From positions 480,001-544,000 of the forward strand of contig OY762428.1 of the NCBI GenBank assembly GCA_963665665.1: a stretch of 64,000 nucleotides of DNA. Direction: 5' to 3'. Source of the DNA: Candidatus Kapaibacterium sp. GTDB taxonomy: Bacteria > Bacteroidota > Ignavibacteria > Kapaibacteriales > UBA2268. The notes below the pieces were generated by a model. The model was not told where the DNA came from. It saw only the letters and a list, made by a program, of their open reading frames with translations, and made no database searches. Below are positions 50,001-59,494 of the stretch, one piece after another (the stretch's first letter is position 1; every line of letters begins with the position of its first letter). Both the position numbers and the translations under genes were made by a program.

Positions 50001-52693
50001 TAAGGATAACATTCCAGAACCCGGGCGGCGGAGTTGTTTACTTCCCGAACAAGATGGAAGACATCGTTATCAGCAATAACGTTGTTCGCGGCATCACAGG
50101 AAATGCAAATACAAATATCTGCGGAATCGGCTCCTTCACAAGGCGCTATGATGATGCCAGGGAAAACTGGGAATTCATCTCCACACCGTTTGAAGAAGAC
50201 TACTTCACAAGAGGCGACATCATTGCCAACAACACAGTAGTAATGACAGATGAAGAAGATATTGAAAATGCAGGCGCAGTTGCAGCTATCGGCATTCAGA
50301 ATGCATACGGCGCAACATTCAAGAATAACGCCATCCTCTTCGAAGACGAAAGCTTCGACGCAGGCAGCCCGATGGCAGCAGGCTTATTCTACCAGGGCCC
50401 GAAAACAGGCAGCGAAGGCGGCCTTATGAGTGACAGGAATGCCTACTTCACAGGCAATGCCACACTCTTCCGCTTTATCGAAACAGATGCAGAAGGCAAC
50501 CTTCTGGAACCAGGCACAAGGAATGAATTCCAGACACTGGGCCAGTGGCAGCTCTGGACAGGCGCAGACCTGAACTCAATAAATGCTGACTTCACAAGCG
50601 ATATGGACTACCAGGGTAATTATCCTTATAAACTAAGAATAGACGACGTACCCGAACTTCCACTTGGTTCAGTCCTGAACAACAGGGGTGAAAACCTTGA
50701 CGAAGTAACAGAAGATATAGACGGCAACCCGAGAGGCTCCGCCGGCCAGCGCTGCGATATTGGCGCATTTGAATTTGCAGGCCGTATGTTCGTATCCGAC
50801 GTTGAAATGCAGAACATCCCTGTTCCTGGTAACTACAAAGCAGGCGACGGCAGCTTCAACGATGCAGAATATATAATGACAGACGCACCTGTTGAAATAA
50901 CAGCCAACATCAGAAATAACGGTTCACTCCAGCAGTCAGACATTAACGTTTACGTTAAAGTCTTCAGGCAGGAGCCTGACGGCACTTATGACGAAGATGC
51001 TCCTGTTGTTGACAAAACAGTAAAAACATCTATCCCGACAACAGAAAGCCGCATGGTATCATTTGGCCTTGCAGACGGTGATAATGACGACTTTGCTCCG
51101 GCTACATACCTTGACCTTGATACATTGAACTATACAGTGCCTTATCTCTTCACAGAGATGAAAGCCAACGTAACACCTGTATACAAGATCGAAGTAAGCG
51201 TCGAAAGCGATCAGGAAAATGATAATAATATAATCGAAAAAGAAGTAAGGTTCTACATAAGGAAATCTCCTCTGAAACTTCTCGTTTCATCAGAGAACTC
51301 CATGCGCGACCTTTATGCAGCAAACATGTACACACCGGGACTTCCCACAGCCAACGAAATAGCAGGACGTTTGAACCGCGACAGCCTTGACCAGGCACTG
51401 CGCCGCCTTGGCTGGTACACAGACCTTGAAGAAGAACGCTTTGACGTTGACCTCTTTGACAGGACAGCATGGGAAGAAAGAGCCGTAAACTATACAATCT
51501 ACCGTTCAATCTTCTGGACTGACGGCGATGACAGCAACGGCGATGACAAAGGTATCACACGCTACCAGCGCCAGGATATCCGCGACTTCCTGAACGAAGG
51601 CGTGCCGGGCGACAAACGCAACCTCGTGGTAAGTTCACAGGAACTTGTACGCGAACTGAGCTCAGCCGGAACAGTAAACAACAGCGATCCTGAATTCGTA
51701 GAAGAGATACTCAGGGCCGAGAATGTATATCCTTACAATCCTCTTGGCATGAATGTCAGCAATAACGGCAACAGCGTAACAGGCGAAGCTGTAGGCCAGG
51801 GCCTGACAGAGTATATCTCTGCATCAAGCTATATCGACCAGGATTACCGTGAAATGGACGGCAATGTGGTAACACTGAACGACGTACAGCCTTATTGCGG
51901 ACTTATGGACGTAAGCCCCAACGGCGACGGACTTGCCAGGATAGCTTACAACTATGAAAACCACGATGCAGCACCGAACAACAGCGGAATGGGCGTAGCC
52001 ACAACAACACTTGAACGCAACGTAGTAGTACTTGGTGTTGACTGGCGTCACTGGGCAAACCTCGACCGTGTACTCCGCTCTGTATTTGACTTTGTAGAAA
52101 ACAACGGCGGCGAGATCGTTCCTGTAGAGCTTGCAGCATTCGATGCAACAGCAGCAGGCAAACGCGTGGATATTACATGGGCAACAGCGAGTGAATATAA
52201 CTCCTCACTCTTTGAAGTTGAAAAAGCAGGCTACAGCGAGGCAGGCACAGGCTTGTTCACAGGCATCGGCGAGATGGCAGCAGCCGGCAACAGCAGCAAA
52301 CATCTCGAATACGGCCCCGTAACAGACTATGATGTAGAATATGGTAACAGCTATGTTTACAGGCTGAAGATGACAGACCTTGACGGAAAAGTTAACTACA
52401 GTGATGAAGAAGTAGTAACAATCGGCGAAAACGGTGCTATTAGCTTAGGCCAGGCATTCCCGAACCCGAGTAAGGAATCTGCTAAGTTTCGCCTGAGCAC
52501 AGGCAGCGACGTAAACATCAGCATAGACCTTTATGATATGAGCGGCAAGCTTGTACGCAACGTTATGAACGAAGCCACAAGCGGCACAAGGACAATTGAA
52601 GTGGATACCCGCAACCTTACAAGCGGCAGTTACACACTCGTTCTTCGCAGCGGCTCAACAATCATCAACAGGACTGTTCGCGTTGTTAAGTAA
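47033..52693 (+). CDS. Large multidomain T9SS-secreted surface protein (GEVED, Ig/CARDB-like, beta-helix, choice-of-anchor-Q-like, CTD)
   Basis: Signal peptide; AWIDWDRDGEF...GEIHDY (GEVED); NDLSVSRIVSP-type Ig repeats; IEGNEISG-type beta-helix repeats; DIDGNPR...DIGAFEF; PVEL..F and a T9SS CTD. Confidence 0.9.
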   Translation: MTKSTSMRGLLFAIVAAFFVLAGARNTYSTDLPDYCIWPDSWDYLYFTDYASMYDYGSLTWVHIESADGEVVLDHESDYEGPHRFWDDITFQLIPGMEYYISVATYGRYYARVRAWIDWDRDGEFINTPQYVEYMGLSYDYYYGNSNWTPYNSYQGGIRKQVFKFTVPEDASETYRFRIANTYYSYHYVQSPYSYEYPYDDACINGYLYEYTTYTRIYNYGEIHDYNFDVFGGVKDTYPSDGDILYADEEYDGTSRMKNGEMVDFPKPQIIFPAEPEEGALVRFYIYGPAPSTDIVYEGLAEYPSTSENVDVAGAVGDTYTIQHSRGQYSYPSSPYGDGTFKADRGGTYKVYAYQLESPKAIVNSFTVSWDNDLSVSRIVSPRTNVEPDFFKYVQGQSIRIIGLYRNVGINDVTEFEGTARIWDPNGELVYDDTKSYEAPPREVLSTSDAVELEFDNARFTQTGVYTIEMTCDLIDTEDDNFNGDQDDYNDVVPRSDLSSYTFEVSYEIQLQADEILLPTEDTEVLVNRTVVPMARFANAGIGDASDVPATMIVKNEDGETVYESNIIVQDIPAGKYNTKIEKFAEMTISEPGDYTVCVWLTDDNDPIREDDTVCTTFSVEAGMQGTFTVGTRFEGQERNYTTIDDMMDDIYFKGITGPITFEFTDASYEVSENNYEFGAWEFTSRIIGLGYDLETEEPYTITFKPHRDRANVKGGVTINLNSASGRGVTFGQSHYPQNDNAIAKRFPSPSNSNFNGYVVFDGGRQKALKFVLNTTNEHGSAFYLGRGSSNVTVKNCIIENGTEGIKTQTRIPLVTFDPSRGFGFEGDVFESGGVRSSYSAGIVSRSSLLKAEESEFIKLDTVPNTNNVIEGNEISGFGYGIMSLGIGALYMQNENYYQRFYNEDNTYSNNTITDCYRAGILLGFEEDSKVEGNRIYDMGGASNAAGILLGGNSRDDIDGYNNVDIMVNGNEISGIEARDFAFGISNEQVRITFQNPGGGVVYFPNKMEDIVISNNVVRGITGNANTNICGIGSFTRRYDDARENWEFISTPFEEDYFTRGDIIANNTVVMTDEEDIENAGAVAAIGIQNAYGATFKNNAILFEDESFDAGSPMAAGLFYQGPKTGSEGGLMSDRNAYFTGNATLFRFIETDAEGNLLEPGTRNEFQTLGQWQLWTGADLNSINADFTSDMDYQGNYPYKLRIDDVPELPLGSVLNNRGENLDEVTEDIDGNPRGSAGQRCDIGAFEFAGRMFVSDVEMQNIPVPGNYKAGDGSFNDAEYIMTDAPVEITANIRNNGSLQQSDINVYVKVFRQEPDGTYDEDAPVVDKTVKTSIPTTESRMVSFGLADGDNDDFAPATYLDLDTLNYTVPYLFTEMKANVTPVYKIEVSVESDQENDNNIIEKEVRFYIRKSPLKLLVSSENSMRDLYAANMYTPGLPTANEIAGRLNRDSLDQALRRLGWYTDLEEERFDVDLFDRTAWEERAVNYTIYRSIFWTDGDDSNGDDKGITRYQRQDIRDFLNEGVPGDKRNLVVSSQELVRELSSAGTVNNSDPEFVEEILRAENVYPYNPLGMNVSNNGNSVTGEAVGQGLTEYISASSYIDQDYREMDGNVVTLNDVQPYCGLMDVSPNGDGLARIAYNYENHDAAPNNSGMGVATTTLERNVVVLGVDWRHWANLDRVLRSVFDFVENNGGEIVPVELAAFDATAAGKRVDITWATASEYNSSLFEVEKAGYSEAGTGLFTGIGEMAAAGNSSKHLEYGPVTDYDVEYGNSYVYRLKMTDLDGKVNYSDEEVVTIGENGAISLGQAFPNPSKESAKFRLSTGSDVNISIDLYDMSGKLVRNVMNEATSGTRTIEVDTRNLTSGSYTLVLRSGSTIINRTVRVVK

Positions 52694-52765
52694 TCAACCT
52701 TAACAGCTGAATATAATTCTTATAATAAGAAAAGAACCCCGGGCAAAGCCCGGGGTTTTTTTATA
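51829..52765 (+). repeat. Direct repeat copy 2 (partner 1..937)
   Basis: Same alignment as copy 1. The true left end of the repeat cannot be seen because copy 1 is cut by the window edge. Confidence 0.97.
52735..52762 (+). terminator. Intrinsic terminator, identical to 907..934
   Basis: AACCCCGGGC-AAA-GCCCGGGGTT followed by a T-tract. Confidence 0.9.
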
Positions 52766-52862
52766 TTTTATTTTAACAAGGTTTATAAAAAATGGCCGCC
52801 CGGATAAATCATGTGTTTAGGAAGAGAATGAATTTGGCGGCCATTATATTAGGGGTTATTTT

Positions 52863-53297
52863 TTAAGAATTTTCGTCAATAATATTTCCATTGTAACTTA
52901 GATTGTTCTGGTTTATCCAGCTAAGCAAAGAATCAAGGTCTTCTTCATCAGCTGTTCCGCTTTTAAATTTTTCAATAAAATTATTCAAAGTTTCTGAAGT
53001 CTCTGAATTTTGAGCCATCATACCCGCACCCTGAGGAGGAGTGCCTTTGCCAGGAGGCGGACCGGGCATATCGAATCCGGCTTCCTGCATCATATTTTTC
53101 AGATCTTCACCGGGTTTTATCCCGGCATCTTTCAATTCTGATCTAAGTGATTCCGTATCTTCCTTAGTCATGTTCGCGGAATCATATTTTTCAATTATAT
53201 CTGCAAAAGTTTCTTTATCCTCATCAGTCATCTCATAATTAAAGCGGGGCATATTCATTCCCCCGCCAAATTGTGCAGAACTAATTCCTTCAATCAT
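52863..53297 (-). CDS. Acidic hypothetical protein with a Pro/Gly-rich linker
   Basis: 144 aa with a strong AGGAGG RBS, AGIKPG and GPPPG motifs, and C-terminal GNIIDENS. Confidence 0.8.
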   Translation of the reverse strand: MIEGISSAQFGGGMNMPRFNYEMTDEDKETFADIIEKYDSANMTKEDTESLRSELKDAGIKPGEDLKNMMQEAGFDMPGPPPGKGTPPQGAGMMAQNSETSETLNNFIEKFKSGTADEEDLDSLLSWINQNNLSYNGNIIDENS

Positions 53298-53443
53298 CAG
53301 AACCTCCTTGTTGTGAAAAAACTTCCCGGCCTATTTCAGGACCGCTGAAATTTAGACATATCAAAAAAGAAAAGGTTTAAGAGCATTTTAATTTTTTTTG
53401 TTTTAAATTGCCGAAAATTAAATTTCAAATACAGGAAATACAA

Positions 53444-54610
53444 ATGGATAATGTTATAGATATTATAATAAAGCAAAGAGCGGCAAAAAAATTAAATTCC
53501 GGTTATCTATGGGTTTTTAGTAATGAAATAGTAGATATCATTAAATCCGATCCGGGAGTATTTGTTAATGTCATAGATGAAAATGAAAATTCTTACGGAT
53601 TAGCGATTTACAACCCTCACAGCCTGATCGCTCTCAGATTATTAAATACTAATACCTTGCCGGATAACGCATTTTTTATTGACAGAATTAACTCCGCAAA
53701 ACTTCTCAGGGAATGGGTTCTGCCAGATGAAAATTCTTACAGGCTGGTTTTTGGAGAGTCTGACCTGCTAAGCGGATTGATAATTGATAAGTACGGGGAT
53801 TATTTTTCTGTGCAGATACAGTCTGCCGGAATGGAAAAAATGATCGATAGTATAACCGGTGCTTTGCTTGAATTATTCCCTGATACAAAAGGAATTATTG
53901 CCAAAAACAACTCACGTGCCAGGGAAATTGAAGGATTACAATCAGAGGACAGAATATTATTCGGTGCTATTCCCGACAATATACCGTTTTCTGAAAATGA
54001 TATCAATTTGAGTATATCACTGAAACAGGGACAAAAAACCGGATATTTCCTTGATCAAAGGCCAAACAGGAATTTTATTGGAAGTATAGCAAAAGGAGCC
54101 CGGGTTCTTGATTGCTTTTGCAACCAGGGAGGTTTTGCACTTTCCGCTTTAAAGGGCGGAGCAGATTATGCATTAGGAATTGATATTTCAGAATCCGTAA
54201 TAGACAGAGCTGAAATAAACGCTGAAATGAATAGTTTTAATAACTATAGCTTCCAGACAAAGGACGTATTCGATTTTTTGAAAAATGATAACGAAAAATG
54301 GGATATTATTATACTCGATCCTCCGGCATTTGCAAAAAACAGGAAAACAGTTCCTGCTGCAAAAAAAGGCTATGCCCGAATAAATTCCCTTGCCATGCAA
54401 AAACTTAATCCCGGCGGAATACTTGCAACATCAAGCTGTTCTCATCATATTTTCGAGGATGTTTTTCATGATGTAATTATTCGCGAAGCTGCAAAACTTG
54501 GCAGGCAACTTCAATTGATTTATCGTGGCCAGCAGGGAGTGGATCATCCGATATTACCACCAATGCCGGAAACAAGATATCTTAAATTCTTTGCTTTCGC
54601 GGTGTTGTAA
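53444..54610 (+). CDS. RlmI-like class I SAM-dependent rRNA methyltransferase
   Basis: PUA-domain WVFSNEI, ESDLLSGLIIDKY, GQKTGYFLDQR, ILDPPAF and DHP...PETRYLK. Confidence 0.9.
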   Translation: MDNVIDIIIKQRAAKKLNSGYLWVFSNEIVDIIKSDPGVFVNVIDENENSYGLAIYNPHSLIALRLLNTNTLPDNAFFIDRINSAKLLREWVLPDENSYRLVFGESDLLSGLIIDKYGDYFSVQIQSAGMEKMIDSITGALLELFPDTKGIIAKNNSRAREIEGLQSEDRILFGAIPDNIPFSENDINLSISLKQGQKTGYFLDQRPNRNFIGSIAKGARVLDCFCNQGGFALSALKGGADYALGIDISESVIDRAEINAEMNSFNNYSFQTKDVFDFLKNDNEKWDIIILDPPAFAKNRKTVPAAKKGYARINSLAMQKLNPGGILATSSCSHHIFEDVFHDVIIREAAKLGRQLQLIYRGQQGVDHPILPPMPETRYLKFFAFAVL

Positions 54611-54655
54611 AATTGTATTGTAATATGAAATTATTCTTAACTGGAGATACTACCC

Positions 54656-55675
54656 ATGGACTTGAATGTTAAAAATGACTTTCTATACATAACCGAATTA
54701 ATAAATCGAGCCCGCCATGATGCTTTGAAATCTGTAAATAAAGAACTAATTAATCTTTATTGGAAAGTTGGCGAATATATTTCAATAAAAGTATAATCAG
54801 AAAAATGGGGAAAATCCGTTGTATTTGAACTATCTGATTTTATTAGAAATGAGATACCAGGAATTAAAGGATTTTCATCTCAAAATATTTGGAGAATGAA
54901 GCAATTCTATGAAACTTATTACAAATTTCCAAAACTCTCATCACTGTTGAGAGAAATATCCTGGTCTTCTAATCTTCATATAATCAGCAAGACAAAAAGC
55001 ATTGAGGAGAGGGAGTTTTATCTTAGACTGGCCGTAAAAGAAAGATATTCAGTACGTGAACTTGAGAGACAGATAGATTCAGGATGTTTTGAAAGAACAA
55101 TCTTATCGAAAAGCAAAAATGATATTTATCAATATCAGATATCTATTAAAGAAGATATAAAACTCTCAACGCCATCGAGAGAAATTCAAGGATATTTTAA
55201 GGATACCTATGTTCTTGAATTTTTAGATTTACCTGAAAAATTTAATGAGAAAACTCTTCAAAAGTCATTAGTAAATAATTTAAAACACTTTCTTATTGAA
55301 CTTGGTAGAGACTTCTGTTTCATTGGAGAAGAATTCCGTATTCAGGTTGGGAACAATGATTTCTATATCGATCTGCTTTTGTTTCACAGGGAACTCCAAT
55401 GTTTGGTTGCAATAGAATTAAAAACCGACGATTTTAAACCTGAGTATCTGGGAAAGTTGAATTTTTATCTGGAAGTATTGGATAATGAGATTAAAAAATC
55501 ACATGAAAATCCTAGCGTTGGAATAATATTATGTAAAAATAGAAATGTTCAGGTTGTAGAGTATTCTTTGAATCGAAATATGAGTCCGGCTTTGATTGCC
55601 GAATATGAGACTAAGTTAATTGATAAGTCAATCTTAGAAAAAAGACTGAGAGAATTATTTGATTGGAAAGATTAG
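54656..55675 (+). pseudogene. YhcG/DUF1016 PD-(D/E)XK nuclease gene interrupted by one in-frame TAA at 54794-54796
   Basis: ATG 54656 begins ...VNKELINLYWKVGEYISIKV*SEKWGKSVV...GFSSQNIWRMKQFY, in frame with track ORF 54896..55675, which has YIDLLLFHRELQCLVAIELK. Confidence 0.85.
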
Positions 55676-55855
55676 CAATCAAGAAAAAAGTATATTATTG
55701 GGTAGATAGAATTTATCACAAACTTATAGATGAAATTTTGAACAATTAGCGATTACAAATAAAAAATCGGGATATATAGAACTGACAATTGGAAATGTTG
55801 GAGTACATTGCAGCTTCCAATGTATGTTTGTTCTATAAATCCCGAAAAAAACAGA

Positions 55856-56194
55856 TTAAAACTCGTTAAGCTGGCCTTGTTTATACATTTCCAAAGCATC
55901 TTTGGCAGTTCCGCTTCCGGCCCCAATAAAAACTTTTATTTCCGTGCGTCCGAGAACCATTGCTGCATTCCCGCCGGGCCCGTTTCCTGTAATAAGCACA
56001 TCCGGGTTCAAAGTAAAAAGTTTTTCTACTGCTTTTGGTCCTGCACCATGAGCCATTGCAGTAATATCGCTATTCTCGGTAGCTTCCAGTGTATCCTTTT
56101 CTTCATCATAAACAAGAAAGAAAGGAGCTCTGCCAAACCTTGGATCCATTTCTGAATCCCAGGAATCACCTTTTGTTGTAAATACTATCCTCAT
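55856..56194 (-). CDS. NifB/NifX-family (dinitrogenase Fe-Mo cofactor-type) domain protein
   Basis: Motifs DPRFGRAPFF, AHGAG and LITGNGPG. Confidence 0.88.
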   Translation of the reverse strand: MRIVFTTKGDSWDSEMDPRFGRAPFFLVYDEEKDTLEATENSDITAMAHGAGPKAVEKLFTLNPDVLITGNGPGGNAAMVLGRTEIKVFIGAGSGTAKDALEMYKQGQLNEF

Positions 56195-57084
56195 TGCATA
56201 ACCTTTAAATTTTTAATAAAATTCGATTTTATTTTTTCCCAGCATTCCGCAATTTTTTCACGGTAAATTTCACTGTATTCGATTATTGCCTTGCCTTCAG
56301 TCATTGCCCTTGTAAAATCTTCATCGTAATTAAGTTCCATCAAAGGAATAATTTTTTCTTTTTTAAGATACATGGCAATTTCTCTTGAAACTTCAGGGTT
56401 TATATCACTTTTATTAATAATACAGGCGGACTTGATATTAAAATTTGCAACCAGCTTATGAACTCTTTTCAGGTCGTGAATACCTGATACAGTTGGCTCG
56501 GTAACAAAAATAACTAAATCAGCACCGGATATTGATGATATAACCGGACAACCGATGCCCGGGGAACCATCAACTATAACATATTTTGCATCTGTTTCTT
56601 CGGCCAGCTTTTTTGCTTCATTCTTTACTTTTGTTACCAGCTTCCCCGAATTATCAGCGCCGATACCCAACCTTGCATGTACCATTTTCGAACCGTTTTT
56701 TATATTTGATACAAACCAGCGTCCGGCCTTTTGATCCGACATAATTATTGCTTCTTCCGGACAAACCCGTGCACAGTAACCACAACCTTCGCAATCAAGA
56801 TCGTCGATGTTATAATTCCCGTCGATAATATTTATTGCATCAAAACGGCAGGTATCCATACAAGTTCCGCAGTTAAGGCATTTATTCTGATCGATCGAGG
56901 CTGTCAGGCCACTATAAAAATCTTCTCCGAATCCGAAATCGGGTTCAAGAAGCAGGTGCATATCCGCAGCATCAACATCACAGTCGGCGGCAATAGCTTC
57001 CCTGCCGGCTGTCAAAGCCAGTGAAGCTGTTAAAGATGTTTTACCAGTACCACCCTTACCGGAGATTATTACTATTTCATTCAT
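56191..57084 (-). CDS. MinD/Mrp-superfamily P-loop ATPase with an inserted 2x[4Fe-4S] domain
   Basis: Motifs SGKGGTGKT, DCDVDA, two CxxCxxCxxxC, SGKLV, DGSPGIGCPV and VTEPT. Confidence 0.92.
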   Translation of the reverse strand: MNEIVIISGKGGTGKTSLTASLALTAGREAIAADCDVDAADMHLLLEPDFGFGEDFYSGLTASIDQNKCLNCGTCMDTCRFDAINIIDGNYNIDDLDCEGCGYCARVCPEEAIIMSDQKAGRWFVSNIKNGSKMVHARLGIGADNSGKLVTKVKNEAKKLAEETDAKYVIVDGSPGIGCPVISSISGADLVIFVTEPTVSGIHDLKRVHKLVANFNIKSACIINKSDINPEVSREIAMYLKKEKIIPLMELNYDEDFTRAMTEGKAIIEYSEIYREKIAECWEKIKSNFIKNLKVMQ

Positions 57085-57937
57085 TTTTGTTCAACCCAAG
57101 ATGTTCTGCTATTTTTCCAAGTTCCCATTTGAATTCCGCTTTTTTGTCGTAAATCAATTCGCCACGAGAATACAATTCGGCTACTTCTCTGTCATTGCCG
57201 AACCTGGCAATAATCGGAATATTTTCTTCAAGACAATATTCCTCTGTATCTGAATTCCCGATTCCGTAGCGGTTAATTACAACCACAATTCTTCTGCCGA
57301 GTTTTCTCATTGCTCCTACAGATAGTTTTAAGTCGTGCAAACCGAAAGGAGTAGGTTCTGTAACAAGAACTACTATATCAGCTTTTTTTGTTGACTCAAT
57401 AACCGGACAGGATGTTCCCGGAGGAGTATCCATAATGATGATACTATCATCGGAGAAAGTACTATCAATATACTCCAGTGTTTGCTTAATTAACGGAACG
57501 GCCTGTTCCCTGCCAATATCCAAACGGCTGTCAATAAAATCAAGATTCCCTCTCCTGAAATGACTTAATTTTCCTATTAGCTGATTTTCCATTGGCAGGG
57601 CGTTTTCAGGGCACATTTCCGTACATGCAAAGCATGAATGGCACATATCCGGAAAATTCATTATCTCGCTGCCCAGCTTGATAAGAGCATTAAAATTACA
57701 AACATCCGTACAGATGTCACATGGCTTACATCTGTCCCTTTCCCATTTAGGCACCTGCTTGAACTTATCTTCGCTGAGCAGCAAGTCTCCGATTATAAAA
57801 AGTCCGGAATTGGGTTCCTCCACGTCAAGGTCAACCAATGTAATATATTTATTTTCTGAAAGATAAGCGGCAAGGTTCGAGGCAATAGTTGTTTTTCCTG
57901 TTCCTCCCTTTCCGCTTGATACAGCGATTTTCATCAT
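57077..57937 (-). CDS. MinD/Mrp-superfamily P-loop ATPase with an inserted 2x[4Fe-4S] domain
   Basis: Motifs SGKGGTGKT, DLDVEEPN, two ferredoxin motifs, DTPPGTSCPV and VTEPTPFGLHD. Confidence 0.92.
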   Translation of the reverse strand: MMKIAVSSGKGGTGKTTIASNLAAYLSENKYITLVDLDVEEPNSGLFIIGDLLLSEDKFKQVPKWERDRCKPCDICTDVCNFNALIKLGSEIMNFPDMCHSCFACTEMCPENALPMENQLIGKLSHFRRGNLDFIDSRLDIGREQAVPLIKQTLEYIDSTFSDDSIIIMDTPPGTSCPVIESTKKADIVVLVTEPTPFGLHDLKLSVGAMRKLGRRIVVVINRYGIGNSDTEEYCLEENIPIIARFGNDREVAELYSRGELIYDKKAEFKWELGKIAEHLGLNKNE

Positions 57938-57946
57938 TTTTCCAAA

Positions 57947-58297
57947 TTAATGGTCACAAAGATTTTGTCCTGTCACTAACTTATTATTCAAATATTCCTG
58001 AACAAGCTGTGCCGGAGTATCAGCATTTACACCAACACAAACTTCGATATTATTCATTGCAAACAATTCCTGAGCTTTCATACCCATTCCGCCGGAAATA
58101 ATCACATTAACACCGTTTTGTGCAAGAAATTGGGGATAAACACCTGGCTGATGCACAGGAGGTGTAAGAAAAGTTTCACCAATGATCTTATCATTATCTG
58201 TATCTACAATAGCAAATTTTTCGCAGTGGCCGAAATGAGCACACAACCTTCCGTTTTCAGTCGGGATGGCAAATTTTTTCATTTTTAATAACTCCAT
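57947..58297 (-). CDS. NifB/NifX-family domain protein
   Basis: Motifs CAHFGHCEKF, PPVHQPG, ISGGMG and C-terminal NLCDH. The start may be ATG 58282. Confidence 0.9.
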   Translation of the reverse strand: MELLKMKKFAIPTENGRLCAHFGHCEKFAIVDTDNDKIIGETFLTPPVHQPGVYPQFLAQNGVNVIISGGMGMKAQELFAMNNIEVCVGVNADTPAQLVQEYLNNKLVTGQNLCDH

Positions 58298-58484
58298 TTA
58301 ATGCTGTCTTTTAAAAAAATATATTTCAATGTTTCAATGCTAACAAACTAAACTCAGGCAACAGCAGATACAGACCCTAATTACTAAACCCGGTCATCAT
58401 CCTGGCCTGTTGGCGAAATAATTATTATTCTACATTGACATATTTCTTAAACATTTTGCGGAATGGCTTAATTTCCACAAACTA

Positions 58485-58697
58485 CTACTTATTTAATAAT
58501 TCTTCTCTTACCATTGTATTCCCACATTTGGGACATTTCAACTGCTTGCAGGGCTTTCCCTGAACGTGCGGTATTTTTGCTCCGCATTTTGCACAAACAC
58601 AATCACCTCCGGGACCGAAGGCTCCGCCTTTGTTGCGGCCTTTGCCGCCGCCTTTTCCAAGACCGCGGCCCTGACCGTTAGCTCTATCGCCATTCAT
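58485..58697 (-). CDS. Small Gly-rich zinc-ribbon protein
   Basis: GPGGDCVCAKCG..IPH..G.PC....CPKCG..MVRE; GAGGAG RBS. Confidence 0.85.
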   Translation of the reverse strand: MNGDRANGQGRGLGKGGGKGRNKGGAFGPGGDCVCAKCGAKIPHVQGKPCKQLKCPKCGNTMVREELLNK

Positions 58698-58722
58698 AAA
58701 TAACTCCTCTTAAATTTATTGA

Positions 58723-59010
58723 TCAATCTTTATTTTTTCGTACAGCATTCTCCAGTTTTTCTTCCAGAGCGCTAATCCTGTTCATTAGCGAACTTATCAG
58801 GCCACCGTCTGAGTTATCCTGATATGATCCGCCAAACCTGTTAAATCCGCGTCCGCGTCCAAAGTTCCCGCGGCCCATGCCGCCACCGAAATTCCTTCTT
58901 CCGGCACCTCTTCCAAAAAATCCGGTATTGTCGGCTCCGGTGCAATTGCCCATTCTTCTTCCTGTGAGCGGGCCTTCGCCCATTGGTCCTGTTTTATCTC
59001 CACCCGGCAT
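58723..59010 (-). CDS. DUF5320-like Gly/Arg-rich protein
   Basis: MPGGDKTGPMGEGPLTGR start after GGAGG, a GRG-rich middle and a coiled-coil end. Confidence 0.85.
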   Translation of the reverse strand: MPGGDKTGPMGEGPLTGRRMGNCTGADNTGFFGRGAGRRNFGGGMGRGNFGRGRGFNRFGGSYQDNSDGGLISSLMNRISALEEKLENAVRKNKD

Positions 59011-59464
59011 GTCTGCCTCCTTTATTTTTTTTAGGAATACAACAACGCCCGTGGCCAAATCCTCCGGCAAGGTTCAGAAGACGTTCCGAACCGCATTCCG
59101 GACATTTGGCAAAACGGGTTTCAAAATCTATTTTAAACATATACCCACAATTTTCACATTTAATAATATTTTTGCGGAAGTGAACATTCCCGCCATTAAT
59201 TCTTAATAGTTTTCCGTTTATCAGGAAATCAGCAAGCTTTCTCCTTGCTTTTTCAATCAGGCGTGTGAAAGTGGAACGCGAAATTTCCATTTCATCAGCC
59301 GCCTCGGAATGAGACATTCCCAACATATCGGCAAGACGCAAAGCTTCGTATTCATCAAGGGAAAGCTCTATCTCCCGCAGAAGATTCCCTGATATACCCA
59401 CAGGCTTGAACTCGTCGAACAGCGGCGGGTTATGTACAATCCTGTCTTTTTCCGGTCTTGGCAT
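58994..59464 (-). CDS. DUF134 HTH DNA-binding protein with a C-terminal zinc ribbon
   Basis: MPRP..R, FKPVG, EYEALRLAD, AADEMEISRSTF, I.GG, then CENC/CPEC. Confidence 0.9.
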   Translation of the reverse strand: MPRPEKDRIVHNPPLFDEFKPVGISGNLLREIELSLDEYEALRLADMLGMSHSEAADEMEISRSTFTRLIEKARRKLADFLINGKLLRINGGNVHFRKNIIKCENCGYMFKIDFETRFAKCPECGSERLLNLAGGFGHGRCCIPKKNKGGRHAGWR

Positions 59465-59494
59465 TTATTTTCCTTTCATTTCAACTACAATTGC

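Noticed and set aside
938-51828. Prophage or integrative element bounded by the long direct repeats
   Set aside because: The interval holds core genes (secDF, purC, uvrA, etfAB) and no integrase, phage or conjugation genes.
47094-52322. Many 60-150 aa ORFs overlapping long genes, here and throughout the track (for example 15462..15911, 33325..33747, 60498..60908, 62556..62963)
   Set aside because: They are antisense or off-frame shadows of well-supported genes, with no motifs or RBS.
55856-58297. Nitrogen fixation genes
   Set aside because: NifB/NifX-like domains in this operon type occur widely in non-diazotrophs, the ATPases are not NifH, and there is no nifDK.
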